The notes beneath the pieces are model-generated. The model was not told the origin of the DNA. It made no database searches and saw nothing but the letters and a program-made list of their open reading frames with translations. The translations under genes were made by a program, and so were the position numbers. A DNA stretch of 64,000 nt from Ostrea edulis (taxonomy: Eukaryota), in NCBI RefSeq assembly GCF_947568905.1, contig NC_079164.1:12710001-12774000 (forward strand). Direction: 5' to 3'. This document shows positions 25,661 through 40,600 of this stretch, piece by piece. Position 1 is the first letter of the stretch; each line of letters begins with the position of its first letter.

Positions 25661-27761
25661 GGCTTACATTTAACAGTACATATGAATAGAAACAAATAAA
25701 AGTTTGTGAGAGTTGCTGTACTTAATAAAATTTCTTTAAAAGTCAGACTTTTTACTCAGCATGATATATAGTGTATTATACCAATTTCATCGTAAATAGT
25801 TTCCAAGAGGTTTATGCAGAGCGGAAAACATTTGTAAACTATGATGAAGTTTCTGGGAATGGAAAACATATCGAAACTTTTCAATATCAATATACATGTA
25901 TACTATATTTCATGACAATGTAGTGAATTCTGACAATAAAGCACTTAGTTATACATTATAATGCAGTTAAGTGTGCCGGCGTGAAGACTTGCTATTCATA
26001 CCATCTTTTCAAAAATGAAATCTATTTCTTATATTTTCATACTTCTTGCATTTTTGTCGGATATTCCCAGCCGTTAAAGTAGACGCAGTATATTTATCAA
26101 GATTGAGGCGTACATTATTCACAACTACATCCCGTTTATGAGGAAATTGCTTTCATTACATAAAGGTCACATGCGAAAATACTTGCATACCCTACAAAAT
26201 GTTAACACAACTCCTAACAAGAGTATAAAAAGAAAACAAGAGTACCTCAAGCAGTACAACATACGCCTTTTTGGACAGTGATGACAAAATTTCAGTGCAA
26301 TATCTGTATTCATAAGAAGTCCAGGAAACTATTTGACCTACTTTTAGCTAAAAACCAATTAAGCTGCAATCAGAAATTTTATTCCTCCGAGAGGAAGCTT
26401 GTGAATAAATTCCAGGGCAATATCTGCAACAAAAAAGTCTGGGAAAAACTGTTTGACCTACTTTTAGCCTTAAATAAGGAAAAACTGTTTGACCTACTTT
26501 TAGCCTTAAATAAGTTACATTGCCTGCACCAATCCAGCTGAACTTGTATTCCTTCAATAGAAAGCTTGTGACTAAATTTCAAAGCAATATCTGTATCCTT
26601 AATGAAAAAAAAAGTTCAGAAAACTGATTGACCTACTTTTGGTCCTAAAGTATGTCATGGTGCACCAAACAGTTGAAATGTAAACTCACTCTTAGGCTTC
26701 TTGAGGGAGAAATTGTGACCAATTTTCAATGCTGTACATCAATCAGTTATGGAAAAATGTCCAGAAAACATGACCTTATACGGGCGGCGGCGTAACATAT
26801 AAATACATGTACTTTCCGGCTGATGATGGGCGTATAATAAAAACATTCAACGTATTCAATCCAGATTGCTGTCCAAGTCAAATGTTTCCCATCAGCAGAC
26901 AAGCTTTAAAGTTCCTAACAGGATGATAACATATGCAGCTTATTTAGGACACTCCCAATTCTTCCTTTGATATTACACTGTAGTATATGGAAATTCTGGT
27001 TTACCAATCAAGTCATCTTAAAAGTTATACTGGACAATGAATACCTTCATTTTTCTTTAAAAATGAATGAATTTCAAGTTTTCAGGGTTTTTAATCATCA
27101 ATACTTACAAAATTTCATTGCATTTAAAATTGCAGCAATATTAAAACTCTGTTGATGCCTCATTTGAAGGAGTGAAATTATCATACACAGAAATGTAATC
27201 ATGTTGCGTCCACTGGTGAATTTCATTTCTAACACAAAAAGTGACACTACAAACCTACAACATATTATAGAAAACTATACAACATACTGAACTCTGCAGA
27301 AATCCTTATCAAAATTTATCCGCAGAATACAGTTCATTCAATTCAACAGAAAAAAAAATCTCAGATCAATAAATTACTACCTCTTAACATTGCACAGATG
27401 ACAAATCTTGGAAAATATAACACCGAGTACCTGTATCTGGCTTGATATTACAGAGTGTATGTATAGAGGCATCAACAGTTCCACACCTATCAACATATAC
27501 GATGACAAATCAATGAACAATGGAAACAAAGACGATGAACTGATACTGTGACGGGAAATCATGTGAAATTTAAAAGTGGAAAATTAAAATCACGATCTAT
27601 GTCTATAAATAACTGCATCACAGACTGGAACCTCTGACATATACTGGCATCTGTCCAAAGGGAATACACAACATGGCACTCTGTTCACAAGTGTCACATG
27701 CCTTTGTTCCACACAACTTTCACATGTAAGTTAACACCAGTCATTACAGTATATTCATTTC

Positions 27762-30700
27762 CTATAAAAAGTAGTCTGGTTGTGGCTTTTTTGATGGAAT
27801 ACCTCTTGATTCCTACAATGTAGAGCAAAACCATTACAATTTATTTATGTGCAATCCTCTATTTAAAACTTAAAATATGTACACCACAAAAGTAATGAAT
27901 ACAAGATGCAGCCCCTTCATAAATTGGTAAATTTAAATATTTCACAACATAAAACAATAATATTTAATATTATTGTTTTATGTTGTAAAATATTTGTTGA
28001 CTAATATACATCAAGTATAGATCTACAGTAAACATGTAAGAGTCGATGCACGCGCGCCAGGTTGCGACACAAAATTTTGGTCCAGTGTGAGCCGTTAATT
28101 ACATACATATATATACATATGTACTGTATTCATCCTAACAAGTGACCCTTCTCTATATTATTCTGAGACTATAACTGTACTTTCAATTGCATGAGAGTCT
28201 CCCTCTAATGTGTGATAATAATCTAAGAGCCAGGTTGCTTATTATGATTATACAGTAATTGACAAAAGAGAGTTTCTAATCCTTACACGGTACTTGTCCA
28301 GCAAATTCAACATGAGTATGTACTATTTCATATGCTAATACAATGTCAACTGGCTTAAAATTTGAAATCAAGACTCAAAATAATAAATACCTGAGGTGCT
28401 GCCTCGAATATGGTGAAGTCCCTATCCAAGTGTTCATCTAATTCCAAAATAGCTGCAACATTTCCACATCTAAAACATAAGGAAATAATTCATAAGATTT
28501 CAATCTACCTCTGTCCGGATCAACTGATTAATGCAGGAACATTTACAAAGCACTGATTCCAACCACAATTTTGAAAATGGTATTTTAGACATTTACACTA
28601 CTCCTTCATACCTGTAACAATAGTTCGGAGCTGACCAGACCGTCAGTACTGTCTCACTGAAATGCCATTTATAGCCCTCCATAACTAGTTGATGAGCTCG
28701 ACATATAAGGTCTATACTGTTAGCTGCATTAAATTGAGCTACAACATCATGTCCAAACAGGTAACCTGCTCCTCTAGGACTAACTCCCCATCCCTGCATG
28801 TCTACAAAACAACATACCAGATCAAGTCAAGTTTTTAGTTTAAGAATTCTTTAGAGATATAAACAAAAAGAATCTTCTCCAAATTATCTGTATATCTGTA
28901 TAACTTTTAAAAAGTGACATTGGCTGTTTTACTAGCTGTAAAAGAATCAAGAGATGTGGAAAACTACAGCATGTGTACTTATTTCTGCGAATTTAGAATT
29001 TTTTGCAGGCGAAACTGATGCGACTGTATATTAGCATCCTTGTTTCATCGCTAAAGTTGCTAAAATTCAAATCCTGCTAAAATAAGTACACAGTACAATA
29101 GTTTATCACTGTAAGTCTGTCAGACCCGCAATATTTGTTGCAATCTTGTTAAAAGTCAATGGCTAGGACACACAACAACTGTTAATCTGTCCACTTATAT
29201 TCACAAATGAGATTTCTGCAGTTTTTCTTTCAAACATTTAATACCTCCTTGCTTTTACCTATGCATTTCTAAATAGTACAGTGGAATTTGGATAAAGCAG
29301 TCATCTTTGGGATCTGATTGAATAAATGCTTTTAAAAAGGTAACTGGTTTAATGAAAGATTCTCTCTAGATACAAAAAATTTGCCACTCACCTTCGGGAT
29401 CTGACCACAAGAGATCACACATTGGGCCATCGTGTGGCACCTCTTGTTTCCTGTCTATTGCACGAATTTGGTCCAATGTCTGTATAGATGGCGATAATCC
29501 ACCATGTACACAAAATATCTATAGAGAAAAAGGTTTTATATCTTTGTTAATCATGTAAAGTTTTTCTTAGCATATGTGATCAATTATCATATAATGTATT
29601 TCAAAAATGACATTCAGTCGTGAATATGCTCATAAGAAATTCTCTTTTTAAGGTGTTAAATTCACTCAGGTTCAGAAGAAATATTCTTTTGAAGGATATC
29701 AATATCATTATGATGTATAAACTATCGGATGGGCATCATTGAAAATTAAAAATCCATCCATCATACTTAATATGAAACAGCGATTTTTTTCCTTATATAA
29801 CTGGTACCGATAAACGGTACCATTCCCAATGCCAAAAACCGTTGATTTTTCTCAATTTTGAGACTAAAAATTCCCAATTCACTTGCCGAAAAATAGACCA
29901 CTGACATCGTAATTTACTTAGTCTGAAACGTTGTACGAGTTAACTAAAATGTTCACTTCCGGTATTAAATCGAAAGTACAGATCAAGTATTGTAGAGCTA
30001 TGACAATTCTAAAACGAGCCTACGATGATTCCTTATGTCTCACAACAGCAAATATTACTGTATAAAAAGTTTGTAAAGTGATGAATACTTCTTGTTTTGT
30101 TCTTTCTTTTCTTTTGTTTTGGTTGAAATCATTTGCCGATGCGTTGGTAGAAAATTCCCAATTTGTTCAATTTTGACGCTATTTTTCCCAATTGAATGGG
30201 TACTGGTACCAGTACCAATGGGTAGAAAAAAATCGCTGTGAAATAACAAAGTACTTATGAAAGCCAACAAAATTCCGTGTCAGATTTGAACACATGACCT
30301 AGGACTGCTGTCCAATAACATATCCACTGAATCACAGTTAAATTCAGCTGGGATAAACAATTTACTACACCAATGTTGCTAAATACACCATTTGTGAGAT
30401 ACTTTCCAAAAATGTAACATGGTGTTGACACAACAACAGTCAAAATTTGGTGCTTATAAAGTTGCAACTAAAATGGTGATGATTGTGACAAGGCTATTCC
30501 ATAGATAAAAAGTTTTCTCTTACCTTTCCATCTATTATTGCTGAGAGGCTTAGATAGTCGAATATCTCTGTGCAGTATCTCCATACGGTAATAGAACCGT
30601 ACTTCCTGAGACATTCATCATAAAACCCATAAACTTGTGTGATCTGTCGGCTCTCGTGATTCCCTCGAATCAGTGTAATTCTGTCGGGATATCGTACCTG

Positions 30701-33136
30701 TCAAAAAAATTCAACAGAAAAAATTCAGCATAATGACGTTTAGATTAAAAAGGAAATATATGCAGTATTTTGCTTTCAGGGTTCTCTAGATTGCAAGAAT
30801 CTTGAGTCCCATATGTAAAAATGTGAATCCACAATCATGTTCTAGAACTTTAATGCTCTATATTTCTGGCTCATCATTCTAAAAAATAAGAGTGATGCAA
30901 CATACTACATAAACTTATTGAATGATAATTGATATATAAACTTTTATTTGTGTTTTAATTGGTTTATATAGTTGATTCTTTAAAGTATATTTTACTCTGA
31001 TGACTGTAGAATGTATTACAATAGTCAATGATGTAAAATCTCCATATAATGACGTTAAACAAAACTCAAGTTACAAAGAGTGAAACCAAGACATTTCCTC
31101 TAAATCTGAAAAGTGATTATTTCAACAAGACAATTTCATAGTACATTTCATATGATTTTACAGAAATCAATTATGACTAATGAGCATAATTGTAGATATA
31201 AATGTACTGACAAGTGTAATACCCAGTTACATTCACCATCTGAATTAATATACATTAACTGTGGCTTTAAAGTTTTCTGTAACACACCTTAAGAGCTAAC
31301 AGTAACAGAAATGTTTCAACACTGTAAAAGCCTCGATCCACAAAGTCTCCCATAAATAAATAGTTTGTGTCTGGAACATCACCTCCAACTTTAAATAGCT
31401 CCTTCAAGTCGTAAAACTGACCATGTATGTCCCCACATACCTAAAAATAAAACAGAAGGCAGATGATGAAATTTTAGAAATTTTAATAATAGTGAAGGAA
31501 TTTCTTTCTTTGATTACACACATATTGATTCATTACAAGTTAATTTTGTCATGCTTCAATTCATTCCAATCTTTTTCAAAATTAGACTAACATCTATCAA
31601 TACCAAACCAACGTAAAATTGTCAAAATAATGTGATAAAAGATTTTGTCATACTGTGACTGGTGAGTCTACTCTAGCATCTAACAATACCACATCAACCA
31701 GGGATCGACATTAACGGTTGTCCGATTGCCCAAGGCAAGTGAAAACCCAGTTCGGACAAGTGAAACTCGATACACACTTGCCCGATGGGGCAAGTGATTA
31801 TTTCAGTAGAAAATGTGATTATTATAATAATTGTGTTAAGCTTGATGAATATAAAATATTAGAATGTAATGTCCAACTCCCTATATTGATGTTTTCTTTA
31901 CCAAATTGTCAGATTATAGCAAAGGCCCATTCTAGTAGACCGTACTGTATCACCAATTGACAAAGAGAGATAATTAGAGTTACTGGTTGACAGACTTAGT
32001 AGAGTCTTAAATATTTCGGACAACTAATTTTTTCATTCAGACAAGTAAACCTTCGAGTTTACTTGCACGAAGGGCAAGTAAGAAGAAAAGTTAATGTCTC
32101 TCCCTGTCAACGTAAAATTATCAGAATAACGCGATAAAAAGATTTTGTTGTACTGTGACTGGCGAGTCTACTCTAGCATCTAACAATACAACATCAACGT
32201 AAAATTATAAAAATAACGTGATAAAAAGATTTTGTAGTACTATGACTGGCGAGTCTACTCTAGCATACAACAATATCACATCAACGTAAAATTATCAAAA
32301 TAACGTGATGAAGAGATTTGGTGAGACATACTGTGACTGGCGAGTCCACTCTCTGTACGTTGCTCTCCTCGACGAGAATCTCTCTGGCTTTTGCACAGAG
32401 TGCCTTCACCTCGCTCTCTTTAATTACTTCACATCTTCTCAACTGTTCAATTTGTCTGCAAAAATAACGTTATTATAACAAATTAATCCATCAGTTGTTA
32501 TTTTACAATACGAATGGTGCCTTCAAGTAAAAAGTACAAACTTTTATTTCATACCAAAACCAGTCAGAAATATTTGTTTGGTAAGTAATTTAGAAATACG
32601 AAAAAGAATTTAGTGTTGGGAATTGGATGAAAATGACATCAATTAATCAGAATAACCACAGAAACCTTTCAATGAGATTATTAATTTTAATCAGTTTATC
32701 AATATATGAAACATTTAACTTCCCTTCACATGGTGAGGAAGAACATTGAGGACATATAAAATTTTATAGTAAATTACAACAGACTTTATATTTCAGAGAA
32801 TGATAATAATATACAAATTGACCATTGTGTTTCAGGATCATTTTGTATTCGTAGTGTTTCACATGTTTCCAAGAAACATTTTATGGATGTTAGGTAACAT
32901 AAACTGGATTTTGTAAAACATGATTTTGCTAAATCATTAAACGACAATGTAAGAATATAGCTATAAAAGATGATAAACCCTGGTTATTATTTGTCAATAA
33001 TTTCATCATTAATTTATTCTGTTCAAAGAGATCCATGTATGACTAATAAAAGTCTATGCTCCGGATGGAGCCATGTACATTATTGGAAGAAGTACGAAAA
33101 TCCTCGTGGTACATACCTATCTAAATCACTGGTCAT
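27762..33136 (-). CDS. PPP4C: Serine/threonine-protein phosphatase 4 catalytic subunit, 305 aa
   Basis: Exons 33136-33117, 32455-32332, 31440-31288, 30697-30524, 29518-29392, 28801-28612, 28469-28391 and 27812-27762 total 918 nt, all GT-AG and in frame. [16 protein letters not shown]..., [29 protein letters not shown] and the C-terminus [11 protein letters not shown] are diagnostic of PP4C. Confidence 0.97.
31699..32106. mobile_element. CAGG-terminated MITE (5-bp TSD TCAAC) in PPP4C intron 2
   Basis: CAGGGATCGACATTAAC / GTTAATGTCTCTCCCTG, with TCAAC on both sides. Confidence 0.75.
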
Positions 33137-33933
33137 TTTCTTCTTCTGTTGGATTACTGCAACTACAACACACATACAATATATATCATCAATATTCAAT
33201 ACATGAATTTTCCTTCATTGTTATGATGTATATATCTATAGACATATATATAACAATGCCATTCATTAAATCATTATATTTTTGTATATCACACAGCATC
33301 ATTAAAGTTTTAAAGTTCATGAAGCAAAATAAATGAAATGTGCTTTATCTCTACAGTGGTAATAACTTAATAAAATGTACGATAAAAAGTATCTCAACAA
33401 ATTCAATCTAGTGAAAGTATTAAATTAATGGTACACTGTTTCTCTGTAGGCTAGGCCTATCGCTAGTGCGTGTCTGGGCAGAGCTTGTTCTGAAGAATTA
33501 TGTCGTAAAATGTGACGATTTGAAAGGACACCCTTATATATGCTCATATGACTTATGAATCAATACCTAAAATTAGTAAAAACAATATGAATCACGAGAA
33601 AGATAACAGTATTACTAACCAGTCGCGGTGTTCCCAAACCTTTCTTAGTGACGTCACAGTTTTAATCTCGGACGATGTCTCACTCTACGAGATCAATATT
33701 AGATTCTATATATATTTTTTGTAAAACTAAAAAAGATCTAGAATTTTATTTCAATTATGGAACCCGACATTTTCTGTAATAAATTCAGTAAATATTGAAT
33801 CAAATTATACTATAAGTATTATTTAGACTGGTTCTCTGCTCGGATCCTTTACATGTTCGACCTTGACCTTGAGAGGATAGACTCGGCTGTTTCCGTAAAC
33901 TCATTACGGAAACACCCGAGCGTATCGTTGAAA

Positions 33934-33992
<59 letters not shown>

Positions 33993-34096
33993 GACGATGA
34001 AACCCATTAAAGTGCGGACGCCCTCACTATGTCTAGAGGCATGTATCGTCGATACTGTGTTAGGACACCTATAAAAGTTTATCTCTCTTTCGAATT

Positions 34097-34194
34097 TAGC
34101 TGCAGAACTGTAGCTCTCTGAAAAAATATTTTGACGGAACAAAATATTCTGTTCCGTCAAAATATTTTTTCAGAGAGCTACAGTTCTGCAGCTA
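34097..34194. other. Perfect inverted repeat, 45-bp stem with 8-nt loop
   Basis: 34097-34141 is the exact reverse complement of 34150-34194. Confidence 0.9.
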
Positions 34195-34442
34195 TTTCGA
34201 ATTGTGAAAAAAAAATGATTTTAAGAGAGAATATTAGTGAGAATTAACATGTCGGGCCACACCACTTGTCCTCACTAATCTAATATTTTGTATCACGCCT
34301 TTCACATGCTGTGGATCACGTTTATGGGGACGTAATTGTGAGGACAGAATTTTGTCCTAGCTCATAGTGTACTTACTTTCTGTCCTCACAACTTCTGTCA
34401 AATGATTAAAAAAAAAAATCCTCACTTATACACGTTTTATCA

Positions 34443-34494
<52 letters not shown>

Positions 34495-35551
34495 TCCGCG
34501 CCCCTTTTCTCTGTTTTCCCCTCGCCCCTCCCCCTAATTCTCTCGCCATTTATCCCTCCTCCACATTCCTTACGTCCCATCCTGTGTGGTGCACAACACT
34601 GTCGCAAATTCTAAATTATATATGTAAGGATGAATTTTAAGAAACTCATTATATATTTCAAAATTTCATTTGATATATATATATATATATACCATATAAC
34701 AAATTATGTATTATACGGCGGGGGGGGGGGGGGTAATGGCGGCTAATAGCATTCGTCATGTTGGGGTGGATATTAAAACATTGTTAAAAATTTGGATATT
34801 GCACCGAAATTTGATTTATTCTATATTGTAAGGCGTATGATTGACGTTATTAAATTTCAAATCAACTCAGCTAAATTATGTACATGTAATGTAGTGATCC
34901 ACAAGAAGGAGGCATTTTTATTTTCTAGAGCATCATTTATTTGAAGTTAAACACGTAATCATCGGTTAAAATCTATGAGTTTGAACAGAAGGGATCTCTT
35001 ATAAGTTATAGAGGAATCTCAAATTTCATGGGAATGTACTTTACAGACCGCTTGTTACGTATGGATGTTACATTATAGTGTATATATTAAGTCTATCAGA
35101 GTTGGTGATGTCCCATAACGGAAATAACAGGGCCGGGCTCGGTTTACGCGACCCATCCAAACGAATAAGAACAACTATACAGTCAATTAATTATAATAGA
35201 AAGTACCAGAGACATATATTGTGACATGTTATATATGTCTGAAAGTACTAATTCATATGTACATTATTGTGTACTACTTTTATCAGAAACGTAAATCTAA
35301 GAAGACGTATCTCGAGAAAAATGGTGCATGATCTTGAATTTGTTGGATTAATTTATTATTCAGGGGAAAGTTGTAAGGCCCACAGGAAGGGGCACTTTTC
35401 AGCAGAACTAAACATTCAAGCTGACCCCCCCCCCTTCTTCGATGATGACTGAATTATGAAAAATTATGAAGATGACCAACAACCAACAGTGATCCATCTC
35501 GTAAATCCATTAATTAAGAATATTTAACTGAGAGTATGACAGTCTAATTAG

Positions 35552-36371
35552 AGGGACTGGTTCACGGAGATTGTTATTAGTAACAATGAAATTTTGATAA
35601 TGCATGGTTATCGATTTTAGTTTATGATAAGATATAGCACATTTCAAGTATTCTTTAGGTAAAATGTGCCAATTAAAAGTTAAATGTGTATGTGCAAAAT
35701 TAACATCTTAATAGAACTTTTGTAAACATAAACAAGACTCGAGTCTTGTTTACACAGCACAATTGCCCCTATCCTTGCATTAAAAAGGGCTATGGACACG
35801 AATTGGACTGAAAATTTGAAAATTTTATTTTCCACATTTTTAATGTTTACGGCATTTCTAATGGTCAGCAAAAAATTGAATGTCAGTTGATACACAGTAC
35901 TCACAATTCCTTGTTATGAAATCAAGGCTCAAGCCATGATTTTGTTTACATATAGATTGCTTCATATAAAATATCATGTTTAAAACAAAATCAGACATGA
36001 CAAACTCAAGAAACTGTTTAATTGTGCCCAGAATTAACTTGTAATTTGAAAAATCTGCTTTAAACGAAACATACTAGTACATGTACATTTAACCTACAGA
36101 GTATGTAATCAAAAAGCATGGCATGGGCCTTGCTTACATAACAAAGAATTGTGAGCTTTGTATCTCACTTGCGAAAACTGACATTCAAATTTTTGCTGGC
36201 CATTAGAAATATCTTAGTTGTGTATTGCAAATATCAAAAATGGAGAAATGGAATTTGAAAATGTTCAGCTCAGATCGTGTCCATGGCCCTTTAAGAAGGT
36301 CCAAATTTTGGCTGTCAACTTTAAATGAGTTAAATCATTTTCTATAAAATATTTTTTGTGAACTAGTCTCT
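35552..36371. mobile_element. Kolobok-like MITE with a second related MITE nested at 35786-36290
   Basis: Outer AGGGACTGGTTCAC...GTGAACTAGTCTCT|TTAA; inner AGGGCTATGGACACGA...TCGTGTCCATGGCCCT|TTAA. Confidence 0.72.
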
Positions 36372-37667
36372 TTAAAATTAAAAATCATCTCCATGATACA
36401 CTTCAATCAATCTAATTAAAATCAGATCTTCTATATATGTTACACTGGAGTACTACCGTGACGGTTAGAGGAGATCTGATTTTGATTTGATAGCACTTCC
36501 ATACAAGTATTAGTGGTATGGCAAACAGACTCTGGACAAACCAGATCAGGCGCCAAAAAGGGTAGCACCCTCTGTCAACCGGTCACACCCACCGTGAGTC
36601 CTATATCTTGATCAGGTAAGCGGAGTAAGAAGTAAGAACGGCATATTAGTAAAGCAACACGACAGAGAACATTGATCTTATGACAAGTTGTAGTTACAAT
36701 TAAACTATTATATACCGACCAAAAGTTTGCGAAATGTTAACTTAAACTACAGGGACTTGTGTAGAAAAATCAATGAAAGTGAATATTGTTAATCGTCGAT
36801 AAGGCCGAGAATATATACGGTATATAGCTGTATATTTTAGGGGCTCATTCAGAAAATTCTCGGGGTGGCACCCAAGTTTGTATGTATTCAATGTACGATG
36901 ACCATATTTCATATCTAATAAATGGATGGTGGAATATTTGTAATCATGGTATAATTTTGAAGGGTTCATCAAATAAAAATAATCCACCATAGGAATTTTC
37001 AAAATTTTGTTTACTGCTTGATTTCTTTCACCTAGAATTTAACATTGAAGTATATGGGAAATTCATGCTTTATTACAATATTTTGAAAAGAAATTATATT
37101 TTCATACAAATCTCTTAGTAGAAAGTTACATACATTTAGTAGAAAATTATATTTTCTCACAAATCTCTTAGTAGAAAGTTACATACACTTTCTCTTTATG
37201 AAAATATGAAATAAAATTAATCATTGACCACACACATTTTAGAAAATTAGATTTTTATGTTGATCTTTCATCCTTCAAAATTGTTCATTATCCTTTCATT
37301 ATACATGGAATACCTTAAAAGGAGGGCTGAAGACCCCAACATGACAAAAATGACCTAGTTCTTGTTTTGAAAAAAATGTTGAACCAAAAGAGGAAGGAGT
37401 GGGGTGGGTGGTGGATGGGGGTTAACCCTACTTCTAGATCCGCCAAGTGCTGCATGTACTTATAGATCTTTCGTCAAACCCAGGTATTTTTCAACTCTTG
37501 CAAAAAAGAGTCCACATTGTCGAAGGTGTATTTATCCGGATTGCAACCATATGTGTTCAACTATTATATTCACCGACCCCGATTTCACAATAATCAAACC
37601 GCTAATACGTAGGTGCAAATATTGCTTAATAGAACGCATCTTAAGCAATACCTCATAGTAAGAGAAG

Positions 37668-40600
37668 ATGGGGAACATTAACACCGTTGGACCAAATGAG
37701 GCTCTAATTATTTCAGGTAAATTTAAACATTGTAAACCTTAAAATTGCACTCTACGATCGCTGCAACAATCCTGCATGATAAACCTGGTTTCCGGTGTTC
37801 ATGTATTATGTTACAGGGACCCAGCCCATCAGCAGCGTCAGATAGATTCTCCCTTTCTATGCTTGTGCCATTACTGCAGTATAATTTGATATCTTTGTAA
37901 AGATATTAGCAAAATGGCGAATGAAATAAATTGTTTTATTTCAGTAAATATATATTTTTGTGCATACATTGCACTGTTGTAACTATGCCAATAGGATTGC
38001 CCCAGGCCCGAGCTAATGAAGATATGTAGATGGAAATATAAACTGTTTGGAATGTCTTTTCTTCAGTTATGAATGATATCTCTTGGTTTTGACCTTTCCC
38101 AAACAGAAAGTGTGTTTCAAACTGTGAACTGCAACAAAAAGGGGTGATGAGATAGAGGCTGTTTAAAGTCAAACTTGGCTGAATAATCTCACCCTACAAA
38201 AATCACGCTAAAAAGCCAAGTAGAAATCAATTGAAGAACAAAAGATATAGTCTAGTTTACTTTTAAGAAAATGAAGTGTTTAACAATGCGATATTATTCT
38301 GATAGTAGTGATAGATCGTTTTGATATGTAATTGTTGCATAAATTTAAGGGGGGTGGGGTGTATAAATATAACATTTGGTGTTATCGTTTTCAACACAGT
38401 GAAAATGGTGAAGTAAAATCTTGTGATTGGCTGAATTTAACCAGCATTTAACATTTGTATATATTAGTTTGTAGTGATGGGACGGTGATTGATTGTAATA
38501 AAAACTAGATTGGTTTACCCTTTCCAATTCCATTATCTATTAAATGTCACAGTAAGATCCTGAAATAAAAATTGCAGATACCAAAGTCCGAGTTGTTTGT
38601 GAATTCTACTTTTGTTTCAAAATGGCAACTAACATCAAACAAGAGCACAAGTTTGTAGACAAAATGGAGCAAAATAATGTTGGCAATCTCCACATGAACT
38701 ATTCCTACGTCTGAACTGGCTTTTAGTTAATCATGTTGGAAACTTGGTAAATGAAAAGAGATGTAGACTAAGCGTCAGCCCAGAAAACATACACGTTTGT
38801 TTTCCACATACACGTTTGTTTTCCTGAACAAACACATTCGATTTGACGAATTTTAGGGATTTTATGGGGTTTGTAAGGGGTCGAAATAAGGCCCCATTCC
38901 CAATGCTAAAAAGCAGATATTTTCCCCAATTTTTGCTTTGAAATTCCCAAACAATGAAAACAGCTCAAAGCAGGGTAACTTTATTGTTCATAAATCTCCT
39001 TCACAGGCCTACAGATTACAATTTTTGCTTCAAAATTGTCTTGTACATTTTTTTGGCCTCCAATTACTTAAAGCAATACAAGCTGTAACTCACGGTAAAT
39101 AAAAGAACAAATATTTAAATTTTTTTTTATTAAATACATACAACTTAATAGAATCAGAGTGAATCTGAAGCAATAAACCCGTCAAGTCAGCAGAAAATGT
39201 CGATTCATGAATCATTGTAATCCTGTCAGTAATTCCTGCTCGTAATCTCCGATGTGCATTGACCTCGGAGGTCACCAGTTCGGAAAAAAGCGAAAGAGAG
39301 GCACTGAGCACGTGTCGGATTTGTAAACAGTTTAACATGCCAATTTTATAGAAAATTCACTATCAAAATTTCATTTGAGTTGCACATTTGCGTAATTATT
39401 GCTTTCTTACACTTATAGTGCTTCTTGTCATTCATGAAACGATGTAATATTTTAAAACAAACGCCACGTGTAGTTACTCATGTCAGTTTCCATCTTTGGA
39501 TATGACGTCGGTCTCAGCAACCCAATTATGTTCGGCAATCATCGTTCCTGTGTCCGTGTTTATATGAAACGCTCATTGTAGGTATGCTCTCAAACAATAT
39601 TCCCTTGTTTATTTTGTTGAATTTTTCTTTAGATATTGGGGATTATATCAGTTATACCGATAGGAGGTAAATGATTCATAATTAGATAGTTGAAAAAATA
39701 CCGTCAGTTACAGCTTGTATTGCTTTAAATGAGGTAAGCTTTGACCAAAATGTAGGTCAGAAGGAGTCCAATTTATTCCTTAATGCACTGGTTTGATTTT
39801 CTTCCTACTTCCTTTATCCATAGAACATTTTTCCCAATTTCAAGCAAATGTTGCTATTTTTCCCAATTGGAAAGGCCCAAGCCCTTGAAATCAAGACCTT
39901 CAAAAAAAAAACTTGACAGATAAATTGTAATAGTAGCACCCTCTAGTAGTAGGTTTTGGCATCACTTATGACTGTCACAGTGTATAGTGTTCATTTTGGG
40001 CATGTCTTTAAATTGTAAAGGGTCATGTAGTAACATTTATAGTATTTTTGATGATGCAATTATTTATTTCTCAAGAAGATAGTGATTGGGAATATAGTCC
40101 ATTACCTCTCTTTCAGGTCTTAGGTCATTTATTCATGTTGTCATTATTACAGTTGCCATTGAGAAGAGTTGTTAATGAATAGGGTGATATTCTCTTGCCT
40201 AATTATTTAAAGTTTGTCTACATGCTGCAATCTCTTTAGGGTTATAGATATGAGGACACCTAAGCTAGTTTTTTTGGGGGGTGGGGGTGTTGGGTGATGA
40301 GTAGTGTACATGCTTCTCACTTTTAAAGAAGGGGCACAAGACTGAATTATGATTGTGACCTACCACTTTTTGTTAAAATTTTCTCGAAGATTTAATTATA
40401 ACCCAAAGTAAGATTTACAATGGGAAACGTCCAAGTAGTATGGATGTGGAAGATTCCTCAGAATTTATGAAGATTGATTCAGGTAGGGATTGGCATTGTG
40501 CAGTTGTCCAATTGCCCAGAACATGTGAAATCCTGTTTTTAGACAAGTGAAAGTGTTGACAGGCTTGCCTTGATGCGCTGCTATTTCTATTCAGCTTGTT

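Noticed and set aside
25435-25689. YYRR-repeat ORF
   Set aside because: A 39-bp (13-codon) tandem repeat gives an open frame by construction.
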